Origin: an uncultured Bacilli bacterium | Lineage (GTDB): Bacteria > Bacillota_I > Bacilli_A > RF39 > UBA660 | DNA length: 64,000 bases | Assembly (NCBI GenBank): GCA_947623685.1 | Contig: CANQHF010000004.1 | Coordinates: 3,459 to 67,458, forward strand | Reading direction: 5' to 3' | Shown here: positions 9,737 through 19,137 of the stretch, one piece after another | Numbering within the stretch: the first letter of the stretch is position 1 | Layout of the letters: each line of letters starts with the position of its first letter | Notes under the pieces: model-generated | What the model was told of the DNA's origin: nothing | The model's input: the letters and a program-made list of their open reading frames with translations, nothing else | The model's database searches: none | Translations under genes and position numbers: made by a program

Positions 9737-11242
9737 ATGAAAAAAACTTTAGTATTATGTATATTAGATGGATGTGGAATTAGAGAAAATAGTGATGGTA
9801 ACGCTTTTAAAAACGCTTTTAAACCAACGTTTGACTATTTATGGAATAATTATTCTCATAGTTTATTAAATGCAAGCGGATCATACGTTGGATTACCAAA
9901 AAGTCAGATGGGAAATAGTGAAGTAGGTCATATGAACATAGGATCAGGAAAAGTTGTATATCAGCCTTTAGAAATTATTAATAGGAGTATTCTTGATAAA
10001 AGCTTTTTTAAAAACAAAGAAATACTAAAAATTATGGAGCATGTTAAAAAAAATAATTCTAAATTACACATAATGGGATTAGCAAGTGATGGCGGAGTAC
10101 ATTCTCATATAAATCATCTATTAGCACTTTTAGATATGTGTAAGTTAAATAATGTTACTAACGTCCACCTTCATTTATGTACTGATGGAAGGGATGTTGA
10201 TCCCCATAGTGCTTATAGCTATATAAGTAAAATAGAAAAAAAATTAAAAGAATTAAAAATGGGAGTTATTGCAACCATTGGTGGACGTTATTATTTAATG
10301 GATCGTGATAATAATTATGATCGCCTAAAAAAAGGGTATGACGTGGTGGTAAATGGCATTGGACCTAAAAAGCAATCCATAAAAGAATTTATTAGTGATA
10401 GCTACTTAAACGGAATAACTGATGAGTTTTTAACCCCAACCATATTTAATGATTCATCTAAAGTAGAAGAAAACGATGCCATTATAACTTTTAATTTCAG
10501 AAAAGATAGATTAAGGGAATTTTTTACGGCTTTAACAAATCCTGATTTTAAAAATATGGATGTTAAAAAAATAAATAATTTAAAGGTAATGACTATGTTA
10601 CCAGTTACTAAATCAGTTATCGCCCCTTTTGCTTTTGACGTTGAATCATTAGATAATAATTTAGGAAAATGCTTGGAAAATAATGGGCTAAGTCAATTAA
10701 GAATTGCGGAAACAGAAAAATACGCTCACGTTACTTTTTTCTTCGATGGTGGCAAAGAAAAAGATTACCGTAATGAAAAAAAGATTTTAATACCATCACC
10801 TAAAGTGGCAACCTATGATTTAAAACCAGAAATGAGTGCTAAAGAAGTAACGGATGCTTTAATTTGCGAACTTGATAAAGATATTTTTGACGTTGTTATT
10901 CTTAATTATGCCAATGGTGATATGGTAGGGCATACTGGTAATTACAATGCGGCGGTAAGAGCCGTTGAGTACTTGGATAAATGTTTAAAAAGATTATATG
11001 AAAAAATAATAGAAAAAGATGGTACATTAATAGTTACGGCGGATCATGGTAATTGTGATGAAATGTGGAATGAAAAAAAAGAGCCAGTAACGTCTCATAC
11101 AATGAATTTAGTTCCATTTATAATTACGAAAAAAAACATAGAACTTAAAAATGGTAATTTATCGGATATAGCACCAACTATTTTAGAAATTTTAAACATT
11201 AAAAAGCCTTCAGAAATGACTGGCAATAGTTTGATAAAATAA
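9737..11242 (+). CDS. gpmI: 2,3-bisphosphoglycerate-independent phosphoglycerate mutase
   Basis: LCILDGCGIRE, GNSEVGHMNIG, DGGVHSH, ADHGN motifs; ATG 9737 is 9 nt after AAAGGAG. Confidence 0.9.
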   Translation: MKKTLVLCILDGCGIRENSDGNAFKNAFKPTFDYLWNNYSHSLLNASGSYVGLPKSQMGNSEVGHMNIGSGKVVYQPLEIINRSILDKSFFKNKEILKIMEHVKKNNSKLHIMGLASDGGVHSHINHLLALLDMCKLNNVTNVHLHLCTDGRDVDPHSAYSYISKIEKKLKELKMGVIATIGGRYYLMDRDNNYDRLKKGYDVVVNGIGPKKQSIKEFISDSYLNGITDEFLTPTIFNDSSKVEENDAIITFNFRKDRLREFFTALTNPDFKNMDVKKINNLKVMTMLPVTKSVIAPFAFDVESLDNNLGKCLENNGLSQLRIAETEKYAHVTFFFDGGKEKDYRNEKKILIPSPKVATYDLKPEMSAKEVTDALICELDKDIFDVVILNYANGDMVGHTGNYNAAVRAVEYLDKCLKRLYEKIIEKDGTLIVTADHGNCDEMWNEKKEPVTSHTMNLVPFIITKKNIELKNGNLSDIAPTILEILNIKKPSEMTGNSLIK

Positions 11243-11377
11243 TTATAAGAATTTAAAATAATTAAAATATTATAAAAATATGATTATAAATTTAATTATT
11301 TAAAAATTATAAAAAATAGTAGAAAAATGTTGAAAAAACACTTGATTTATTATCAATTATGTAGTATCTTTAATATT

Positions 11378-11446
11378 GGAAGTACACATACTTCCCTTAT
11401 TGCTTAAGGACATGGAGCTTACCCAACGTGTCCTTTTTATTTTTTT
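11378..11446 (+). ncRNA. candidate small RNA (5-prime hairpin, linker, terminator), or a long gpmI 3-prime UTR
   Basis: TTGATT (11342-47), 17-nt spacer, TATCTT (11365-70); GGAAGTA-CACA-TACTTCC hairpin 11378-95; AAGGACA...TGTCCTT stem 11406-35 plus T-run to 11446. Confidence 0.35.
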
Positions 11447-11485
11447 AAATTTTATGATATAATTCTAGTAAGAAAGGTTTTTAAT

Positions 11486-12328
11486 ATGAAAAAATTTTTT
11501 ATAGCAATATTAAATATAATATTTACTGTTTTGATAACATTTCTTATTTGCCTGTTAGGCTTAAGTTTTAGTATAAAAAAGATTGTGGTAAACACGATTT
11601 CTAAAGAAGTTGTATCTAAAGAAATCTCAAGTGAGATAGTTGATAATGCAAAGAAAATATATGATGGTATTGATTATGATACTTTAAAGAATGTAGAAAT
11701 AAACGTATTAAATAGTTCAAGTATAAATGATATAACCGAAAAATATTTTGATAAAATAGTAGATTATATAATAAACGATAAAGAAATTAGCGATGTTGAC
11801 ATTAAATCTGATGTTACCCAAATAGTTAATTTAAGTGAAGTAATATTAAAAAGGAATAACATTGAGATATCTGATGAACAAAAAGAAGAAATGATTAATA
11901 AAATATCACAAGATGATAGAATAAAAAAAGTTTATCAAAACGTTACAAAAGATATAAAAAATAATATGCCAAGCGAAGGAATTATGGCATTAAAAGCTTA
12001 TGACGAAATAACCAGTGATAAATTTAAAGCTATGGCAATTAGTATGATTATCCTTTTAATAATTTTAATAGCAATATTAAAAAAATCTTATTATCGTTGG
12101 ATCTTTAATTTAGCTTTTTCATTTGCTATGTCTTTTGTTTTCACATCACTTATCGCACCATTTATATTAGATATAGTATTTTCTGATGTATCAAATGGAT
12201 TTACTTTAAATGTTAATTCATTAATTAACTATGGATATATATGCTTTGGTATATGTGCGTTGCTTATTATAATTTATATTATTTTAAATATGATAAGTAA
12301 GCATAATAAGAAAAAGTATGATTATTAA
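11486..12328 (+). CDS. membrane protein of unknown function
   Basis: N-terminal TM helix, soluble middle region, three C-terminal TM helices; no family recognised. Confidence 0.5.
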   Translation: MKKFFIAILNIIFTVLITFLICLLGLSFSIKKIVVNTISKEVVSKEISSEIVDNAKKIYDGIDYDTLKNVEINVLNSSSINDITEKYFDKIVDYIINDKEISDVDIKSDVTQIVNLSEVILKRNNIEISDEQKEEMINKISQDDRIKKVYQNVTKDIKNNMPSEGIMALKAYDEITSDKFKAMAISMIILLIILIAILKKSYYRWIFNLAFSFAMSFVFTSLIAPFILDIVFSDVSNGFTLNVNSLINYGYICFGICALLIIIYIILNMISKHNKKKYDY

Positions 12329-12404
12329 AAAAAGGCAAAGATTAATCTTTGTTTTTTTGTATAAAAATCTAATATTTACATAATATATAATAGAATTAAA
12401 ATAA

Positions 12405-12431
12405 TTAGCACTCACGCTTGACAAGTGCTAA
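12405..12431 (+). promoter_or_regulatory. CIRCE operator (HrcA binding site)
   Basis: TTAGCACTC-ACGCTTGAC-AAGTGCTAA versus consensus TTAGCACTC-N9-GAGTGCTAA (one mismatch); 14 nt downstream of TATAAT 12386-91. Confidence 0.8.
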
Positions 12432-12471
12432 TTATTGTGGTATAACATATATAGAAAGGAAGATGATTAAT

Positions 12472-12864
12472 ATGGATTTAATCCCAAGAAGATTTTTTGT
12501 GAATGATTTTTTTGATGATCTTATGCCTGCAAAGGAAAATAACATGAAATGTGACATTTATGAAAAGGATGGCGATTATCATATTGAAATGGATGTTCCT
12601 GGATTTGATAAAAATGATATAAAAATAGAAGCCAAGAAAGATTCTTTGACAATAACCGCTGAAAAATCTAGTGAAAATAATGATGAGGATGAGCAAAGAA
12701 ACTATGTTCATCGTGAAAGAACATACGGAAAATATCAAAGATCATTTTATTTGCAGGATTTAGATTCTGAAAAAATCGATGCAGAATTTAATAACGGTGT
12801 TTTAAAGATTACCGTTCCTAAAAAAGAAGAACCAGAAAACAAAAAATATATAGAAATAAAATAA
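12472..12864 (+). CDS. small heat-shock protein, Hsp20/alpha-crystallin family
   Basis: YHIEMDVPGFDKNDIKIE...GVLKITVPK alpha-crystallin core. ATG 12472 fits the AGGAAG RBS; the TTG 12418 start in the track lies inside CIRCE. Confidence 0.85.
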   Translation: MDLIPRRFFVNDFFDDLMPAKENNMKCDIYEKDGDYHIEMDVPGFDKNDIKIEAKKDSLTITAEKSSENNDEDEQRNYVHRERTYGKYQRSFYLQDLDSEKIDAEFNNGVLKITVPKKEEPENKKYIEIK

Positions 12865-12866
12865 GA

Positions 12867-12895
12867 AGTGTTAGCTTTGTTGCTAACACTTTTTT
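12867..12895 (+). terminator. hsp20 terminator
   Basis: AGTGTTAGC-TTTGTT-GCTAACACT hairpin plus T5. Confidence 0.75.
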
Positions 12896-12972
12896 GTTTA
12901 TTGTAATAACTACGCTGTAGATGTATTTTAACAAGAAATATGATAAAATATATATAGAAAGAAGGTGCTTTT

Positions 12973-14142
12973 ATGAAATGTATATTGATGAATAAAAATG
13001 CTGAAGTATTGGTTGCTGAGTATAATGAAAAAGTAGCTGTATTTACTAATATATATGAAATAAAAAATATTGATTACGCACCAATTCTTATAAAAAATGC
13101 ATTAGTAGATGATAAGAATGATATTACGATTATTACCGAGTGGTTTCAAGGCCGCGGTATTCCATCACTTCGTGATGACTTGGATTTGTTACTTGCTAAG
13201 TTAGGGGTTACTACAGCAGAAGAGTTATTAGATAAAGCGTTTGGTTTATCTTTATCAGATCAATATTGGATAAAACCATTTGATAGTAATATAGAATATA
13301 AAGATATAAATTTTTTTGAACACGATTTTAATTCAGCGGATTTTACTAATGCAACATTTTCTAATTCAAATGATTATAATACTAAAATTAGTTTAATATC
13401 ACCAAATAATACAACGGATGGAAGATTAAAAAAGACATGGATTATTGAAGATGATAAAAGATATTTATTAAAAGGTGGATTTAAAAATGAAGTGATGCAA
13501 CCGTTTAACGAAGTACTTGCATCAATGATTTGTGAGAAATTAGGTTTCTATCATACCAAGTATAATTTAGATATAATTTCTGATAAGGTTGTTTCTAAAT
13601 GTGAATGTTTTATAAGTAAAGATACAGAACTTGTAACCGCTTATCAAATACTTCATAAAAATTGTAATAAAGAAAATGCTTATGAAGAATATATTAAAAT
13701 ATTAGAGAATAATGGTATAAAAGATGCTAGAGAGAAAATAGAAGATATGTTTATATTAGATTATATTATTATGAATGAAGATAGACATTTAAATAACTTT
13801 GGTATTATAAGAGATGTAAATACATTAAAGTGGTTAGACGTTGCCCCTTTATTTGATAATGGTCAATCACTAAATATATTGGATTATAATGATGAAGAAG
13901 TAATTATAAATGGTAATGGTAGATTTTTTTATAAGGTAGATAATTTTGATGAAATTTTAAAGTATGTTAGGAATATAAAAAGAATTGATTTGAAAAAATT
14001 AGATGGTGTAGTAGAAGAATTTGATGATTTGCTTCATAAATATACAAATATTACACATATGACAGATAGGAGAATAAATAAAATATGTACATTGCTTTAT
14101 TCTAGAATAAATAAATTGAAAAAGTATATTGATAGTGCATAA
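12973..14142 (+). CDS. HipA-like Ser/Thr kinase family protein, with no adjacent HipB-like gene
   Basis: HipA_C-type catalytic block DYIIMNEDRHLNNFGIIRD plus FDNGQSL; N-terminal WFQGRGIPSLRDD...GLSLSDQYWIKP module. Confidence 0.65.
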   Translation: MKCILMNKNAEVLVAEYNEKVAVFTNIYEIKNIDYAPILIKNALVDDKNDITIITEWFQGRGIPSLRDDLDLLLAKLGVTTAEELLDKAFGLSLSDQYWIKPFDSNIEYKDINFFEHDFNSADFTNATFSNSNDYNTKISLISPNNTTDGRLKKTWIIEDDKRYLLKGGFKNEVMQPFNEVLASMICEKLGFYHTKYNLDIISDKVVSKCECFISKDTELVTAYQILHKNCNKENAYEEYIKILENNGIKDAREKIEDMFILDYIIMNEDRHLNNFGIIRDVNTLKWLDVAPLFDNGQSLNILDYNDEEVIINGNGRFFYKVDNFDEILKYVRNIKRIDLKKLDGVVEEFDDLLHKYTNITHMTDRRINKICTLLYSRINKLKKYIDSA

Positions 14143-14164
14143 TATTATATATAGTTGGTTTTGA

Positions 14165-14505
14165 AGTGCGAAAATAAATAAAACAAATACAAAAACTAAA
14201 ACTTCAACGCAAAATTCTCCTAGTTCACAATATAAACCATGTGCTCCTGCAGAATTATTAGGTGGTGATGTAGTACCTATAAGACCACCATTAACTATTA
14301 AAGAAACACAAGAATATGTAAGATATAAAAGAGGCGGGACAGGGAATGTTGTATGTATAGATAAAGCATCGGCCGAAGCAGTAGCAGCGATTTTCCTGGA
14401 TATTATCAAGATCCTGCACACTATGGTGGAGCACCTGGGTATTATCCACATTTTCACGTTGAAAAATCACGATATCATGCTCATATCTGGTACTGGTATG
14501 AATAA
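14165..14505 (+). pseudogene. start-less, frameshifted remnant of a toxin C-terminal module
   Basis: Two abutting + frames joined at T-run 14391-94: ...PIRPPLTIKETQEYVRYKRGGTGNVVCIDKASAEAVAA / DFPGYYQDPAHYGGAPGYYPHFHVEKSRYHAHIWYWYE*. No ATG/GTG/TTG start; stop codon embedded in the RBS of the next gene. Confidence 0.5.
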
Positions 14506-14517
14506 GGAGGACGTATA

Positions 14518-15315
14518 ATGTTAGTTAAGAAACAAATAGTTGGAACGGCATATAAACAATTAGTAAATTATGAATTTAAAGAATGTGATATTATAGCTGT
14601 TACTAAATACTTTGATCAACATGAAGGTTATACGAAAAAAATAATAGATATTATATTATCAAAAGAAAATTGCTCTATAGATTATATAATTAATAATTAT
14701 TCAACTGAATATTTAAGTGAATTATTTAATAAATATAGAGATGATGATAATATATTTAATGATGATTATAAAAATCGCTATGAACATAAAATGAATTATG
14801 AATCATATAATGAATTTAAAAAAGATTCTAGAGCTCAAAAAGTCTTTGAGGCTGAAAGCAAAAAATCTGGTTTGAATGTGTCTTTTGAGAATATGTATTA
14901 TGAAGAATGTTGTGAGTTTTTTAACTACTATTATAGAAAAAATGTTATAATTGGTTGCATAAATCAATTAGTTTATGATTATATAACTAACGAATGGTTA
15001 GAAAAGTATAAAAATAATATTATTCATAAAGAAGATTTTATTTTAGAAACAACCAATGGTAAAAAGATGATTGAAAGATCTAAATATTATCTTCATCTAA
15101 CTGAAAATTTAAAGCAAGAAATACTTAGTAAAAATTCGATATATGATTGGTGTTTCCCTTTATCGATTGAGAATATAGAATTTTATAAGAAGGAAAATTG
15201 TCGATTATTATCAGTTGCACACGAAAATATACTTGATATATTTTGTGAAAATGAAGAAGAATATGAATTCTTAGAATCGCTCGGAATAAAATTTGAAGAT
15301 AAGGATATATACTAA
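14518..15315 (+). CDS. immunity-like cytoplasmic protein (unknown family) coupled to the toxin remnant
   Basis: AAGGAGG 7 nt upstream; acidic, Cys/Tyr/Asn-rich; no signal peptide or TM helix. Confidence 0.45.
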   Translation: MLVKKQIVGTAYKQLVNYEFKECDIIAVTKYFDQHEGYTKKIIDIILSKENCSIDYIINNYSTEYLSELFNKYRDDDNIFNDDYKNRYEHKMNYESYNEFKKDSRAQKVFEAESKKSGLNVSFENMYYEECCEFFNYYYRKNVIIGCINQLVYDYITNEWLEKYKNNIIHKEDFILETTNGKKMIERSKYYLHLTENLKQEILSKNSIYDWCFPLSIENIEFYKKENCRLLSVAHENILDIFCENEEEYEFLESLGIKFEDKDIY

Positions 15316-15402
15316 TCCAGAAAAATATTTATATTACTGATAAAAAGACATTTTATTAAAATGAATGAAATGTTTTTTTTTATTAGTTGAACAGGAGGTA
15401 TC

Positions 15403-15657
15403 ATGGTAGATTTTATAATAAAATATTGGATTGAGATATTATTAACTTCAGTAACATCTGGAGTAATATATATTTTTAAGCAATATATAGGATTGAAAAA
15501 TGGATTAAAGGCACTTTTAAAAAACGAAATAGTAAGAATATATGATAGACAAGAAGAATTGGGATATTGCCCTAGTTATATGAAAGAAAACATAAAAGAA
15601 ATGTATGAAAATTATCATAAATTAGGTGGAAATGGTTTAGTAACAAATAAAAAATAA
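15403..15657 (+). CDS. small single-TM protein of a type seen in Firmicute prophage lysis regions
   Basis: AGGAGG RBS; N-terminal TM helix WIEILLTSVTSGVIYIF; C-terminal GYCPSYMKENIKEMYENYHKLGGNG motif. Confidence 0.4.
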   Translation: MVDFIIKYWIEILLTSVTSGVIYIFKQYIGLKNGLKALLKNEIVRIYDRQEELGYCPSYMKENIKEMYENYHKLGGNGLVTNKK

Positions 15658-15726
15658 TTATATTTTTTATGTAAGTTTAAAAAAATGGTGGAAAATGGGT
15701 AATCTATTTTCTTTTTTTATTTTGCG

Positions 15727-15735
15727 TGTTATAAT
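15727..15735 (+). promoter_or_regulatory. extended -10 (TGTTATAAT) upstream of xfp
   Basis: TGnTATAAT match about 36 nt upstream of the xfp ATG. Confidence 0.45.
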
Positions 15736-15770
15736 TACCATAGAATAAAAAATAGAATAGGAAGGGTATT

Positions 15771-18074
15771 ATGACAGAACTAGAAATACTAGATGGTTAT
15801 TTTAGAGCAGCTAATTATTTATCGGCGTGCCAACTTTATTTACTTGATAACCCACTTTTAAAAAGACCACTTGCTATATCCGATATAAAAAAGAAAATAG
15901 TAGGACATTGGGGTACCGTTCCTGGTCAAAACTTTATATATACCCACTTAAATAGAATTATTAACAAGTATGATTTAGATATGATTTATATATCAGGTCC
16001 AGGTCATGGGGGTAATTTTATGATTGCTAATACCTACCTTGAGGGTAGTTATACGGAAAAATATCCTAATATTACACAAGATGAAGCTGGATTAAAAAAG
16101 CTATTTAAACAGTTTTCTTTTCCTGGCGGCGTTCCATCTCACGTTGCACCCGAAACTCCAGGTTCCATTCATGAAGGCGGAGAATTAGGTTATAGTCTTT
16201 CTCATGCTTTTGGCGCAGTACTTGATAATCCTAATCTAATCGCGGCTTGCGTAATAGGTGACGGGGAAGCGGAAACCGGACCACTTGCAACAAGCTGGCA
16301 CGGAATTAAGTTTTTAAATAAGAAAACTGATGGAATTGTTCTTCCTATTTTACACTTAAATGGTTATAAAATAAGTAACCCAACCATTTTTTCAAGAATG
16401 AGTAACCAAGAGCTAGGTAGTTTCTTTTATGGATTAGGCTATAAACCATATTTGGTATCTGGTAGTAACAGTATGATGATGCATAAAAAAATGCTTGCAA
16501 CCATGGATCAGGTTGTAAGTGACATTAAAAACCTTAAGGAGTCTAACGATGAAGCTTTATACCCAATGATTATTTTAAGAACTCCAAAGGGATGGACTGG
16601 ACCTAAAGAAGTTGATGGAAAAAAAGTAGAAGGCTCATTTAGAGCACACCAAGTTCCTATTTCAATGGAAAAAGAAGAACATTTGCCTTTGCTAGAAAAC
16701 TGGCTTAGAAGTTATAAACCAGAAGAATTATTTGATGAAAATGGAACTTTAATAAGGGAATTACAAAGTCTTTGCCCTAAAGGTTATAAAAGGATGGGGG
16801 CAAGTTTATACACTAATGGTGGATACTTAAGAAAAGATTTGATAATGCCTGATTTTTCAAAGTATAAGGTTGATGTTCCTTATCCTGGTTCCGTTAAAAA
16901 ACAAGATATGTTAGTTTTAAGTAGCTTTGTTAGGGACATATTTAAATTAAACGAAGAAAATAAAAACTTTAGAATATTTGGCCCGGATGAGACTATGTCT
17001 AATAGACTTTATGACGTTTTTGATGCAACGAAAAGAACTTGGCAACTTGAAGTAAAAGAAAGTGATGAATACTTATCTAAAGATGGTAGGGTAATGGATT
17101 CAATGCTTTCTGAACATATGTGTGAAGGAATGCTAGAAGGATATTTACTTACTGGAAGGCACGGCTTTTTTGCAAGTTATGAAGCCTTTATAAGAATAAT
17201 AGATTCAATGGCTGCACAGCATGCTAAGTGGCTTAAGGTATGTAATGAAATACCTTGGAGAAAACCTATTTCATCCCTTAACTTTTTACTTACATCTAAC
17301 GTATGGCAACAAGATCATAACGGATTTACTCACCAAGACCCAGGCTTTTTAGACCATATTGCAAATAAAAAGGTAGATGTTGTAAGAATGTATTTACCGC
17401 CTGATGCTAACTGCCTTTTATCGTGTATGGATCACTGCTTAAAAAGTAAAAACTACGTAAACGTAATAATTGCATCAAAGCATCCTTCTTATCAGTGGCT
17501 TACCATGGATGAGGCAATAAGACATTGTACTAATGGTATTGGAACTTGGGATTTTGTTTCAAATGACCCAAACCCAGATTTAATTATGGCTTGTGCGGGA
17601 GATACACCTACGATAGAAGCTATTGCCGCAACTAAAATATTAAAAGAATACCTTCCTGATTTAAAAATAAGGTTTATTAACGTTGTTGATTTAATGAAGC
17701 TTGACTCAACAACTAATCACCCACATGCGTTAAGTGATTCTTTATATGATTATTTATTTACGAAGGATAAACCAATAATATTTGCTTTTCATGGTTATCC
17801 AACCTTAATTCATGAACTAACTTATTTTAGGCATAATCATAACATTCACGTTCATGGTTATAATGAAGAAGGAACCATTACCACCGCTTTTGATATGAGG
17901 GTAAAAAATAAAATTGATAGGTTTAACCTAGTAATTGATGCGGTATGTAACCTAAACTTAGGTGAAAAGAAAGAAAAAATAATAAACGATATGACAAAAA
18001 AACTAAAAGAACATGAAAGTTACATAGTTGATAAGGGTGAAGATTTACAAGAGATAAGAAATTGGAAGTTTTAA
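15771..18074 (+). CDS. xfp: xylulose-5-phosphate/fructose-6-phosphate phosphoketolase
   Basis: [52 protein letters not shown] motifs; 767 aa. Confidence 0.92.
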   Translation: MTELEILDGYFRAANYLSACQLYLLDNPLLKRPLAISDIKKKIVGHWGTVPGQNFIYTHLNRIINKYDLDMIYISGPGHGGNFMIANTYLEGSYTEKYPNITQDEAGLKKLFKQFSFPGGVPSHVAPETPGSIHEGGELGYSLSHAFGAVLDNPNLIAACVIGDGEAETGPLATSWHGIKFLNKKTDGIVLPILHLNGYKISNPTIFSRMSNQELGSFFYGLGYKPYLVSGSNSMMMHKKMLATMDQVVSDIKNLKESNDEALYPMIILRTPKGWTGPKEVDGKKVEGSFRAHQVPISMEKEEHLPLLENWLRSYKPEELFDENGTLIRELQSLCPKGYKRMGASLYTNGGYLRKDLIMPDFSKYKVDVPYPGSVKKQDMLVLSSFVRDIFKLNEENKNFRIFGPDETMSNRLYDVFDATKRTWQLEVKESDEYLSKDGRVMDSMLSEHMCEGMLEGYLLTGRHGFFASYEAFIRIIDSMAAQHAKWLKVCNEIPWRKPISSLNFLLTSNVWQQDHNGFTHQDPGFLDHIANKKVDVVRMYLPPDANCLLSCMDHCLKSKNYVNVIIASKHPSYQWLTMDEAIRHCTNGIGTWDFVSNDPNPDLIMACAGDTPTIEAIAATKILKEYLPDLKIRFINVVDLMKLDSTTNHPHALSDSLYDYLFTKDKPIIFAFHGYPTLIHELTYFRHNHNIHVHGYNEEGTITTAFDMRVKNKIDRFNLVIDAVCNLNLGEKKEKIINDMTKKLKEHESYIVDKGEDLQEIRNWKF

Positions 18075-18105
18075 AGCATACTAACTTAGTATGCTTTTAT
18101 TTTTC
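18074..18105 (+). terminator. xfp terminator
   Basis: AAGCATACTA-ACT-TAGTATGCTT hairpin plus T-run. Confidence 0.75.
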
Positions 18106-18149
18106 ACTAAAATGGTCATATATCATAGTATACTAAAGGAGGTTTAATA

Positions 18150-19067
18150 ATGGGAGAATATACTTTTGGAAGGGATACATACCTTTATGATGATAATTAT
18201 GGTGAAAAAATATCAAGGTACATTCCAATCGCACCCGCTCAACATCAAGATGGTGTGGTAGGTATTGAATCAATAATGACACCAAGACCCATATATGATG
18301 ATCCGTGTTATAAGGCAAGTGGAAAATTAAAGGATAAAGTAATAATACTAACTGGTGGTGATTCAGGTCTTGGAAGGGCAGCGGCTGTTGCGTTTGCAAA
18401 AGAAGGAGCTAATTTAGTTATCCCATATTTTAATGAACATAAAGATGCTTTAGAAACTAAAATGGTTGTAGAAAGATACGGCGCTAAATGCCTGTTATTA
18501 AGTGGTGATTTAAGTAAGAAGGAATTTTGCAAAGAAGTAGTTAGAAAAACGCTTGAAGAATATGGTAAAATAGACGTTCTTGTTAATAACGCTGGAGTTC
18601 AGTATCAAGCTGATAAATTAGAAGATATTACGGATGAACAGTTCGATTGGACGATGAAGGTAAACGTATATGGTATGTTTTACTTAACTCGTGAGTGTTT
18701 GCCTTATCTTCATTCTGGCAGCTCAATAATTAACTTAACTTCTATTACCACTTTTAAAGGAGAGCCACAACTAATTGATTACGTAACAACTAAGGGTGCA
18801 ATAGTAGGTTTTACCAGGTCTTTAGCAAGAAACTTAGCGTTAAAAAACATAAGGGTAAACGCGATTGCGCCAGGATTTTTTTGGACACCACTTCAACCTA
18901 ACTGCTGGGTAAAAGATAAAATACCAACTCTAGGAGCGGACGCGGCGGTAGGACACGGAGCTATGCCTTATGAGCTTGCAGCAACATACGTATTTTTAGC
19001 AAGCGATGATTCATCATATATGACCGGACAAATAATGCACGTTAATGGCGGAGAAGTAATGGGCTAA
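18150..19067 (+). CDS. SDR-family oxidoreductase (YdaD/YhdF general-stress type)
   Basis: TGGDSGLGRA cofactor motif, NNAG, S...Y..TK catalytic triad region, N-terminal extension typical of YdaD-like SDRs. Confidence 0.75.
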   Translation: MGEYTFGRDTYLYDDNYGEKISRYIPIAPAQHQDGVVGIESIMTPRPIYDDPCYKASGKLKDKVIILTGGDSGLGRAAAVAFAKEGANLVIPYFNEHKDALETKMVVERYGAKCLLLSGDLSKKEFCKEVVRKTLEEYGKIDVLVNNAGVQYQADKLEDITDEQFDWTMKVNVYGMFYLTRECLPYLHSGSSIINLTSITTFKGEPQLIDYVTTKGAIVGFTRSLARNLALKNIRVNAIAPGFFWTPLQPNCWVKDKIPTLGADAAVGHGAMPYELAATYVFLASDDSSYMTGQIMHVNGGEVMG

Positions 19068-19137
19068 TTAAAGATCGTTTTTTTAAACGGTCTTTTATTG
19101 TTTATGTTATAATATTTTTTAGAAAGGAAAGAATTTT

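Noticed and set aside
13999-14457. 152-aa minus-strand ORF spanning the HipA-like 3-prime end and the following gap
   Set aside because: It overlaps a well-supported + strand gene and has no RBS. The + strand gives a more coherent reading (toxin-tip remnant coupled to the next gene).
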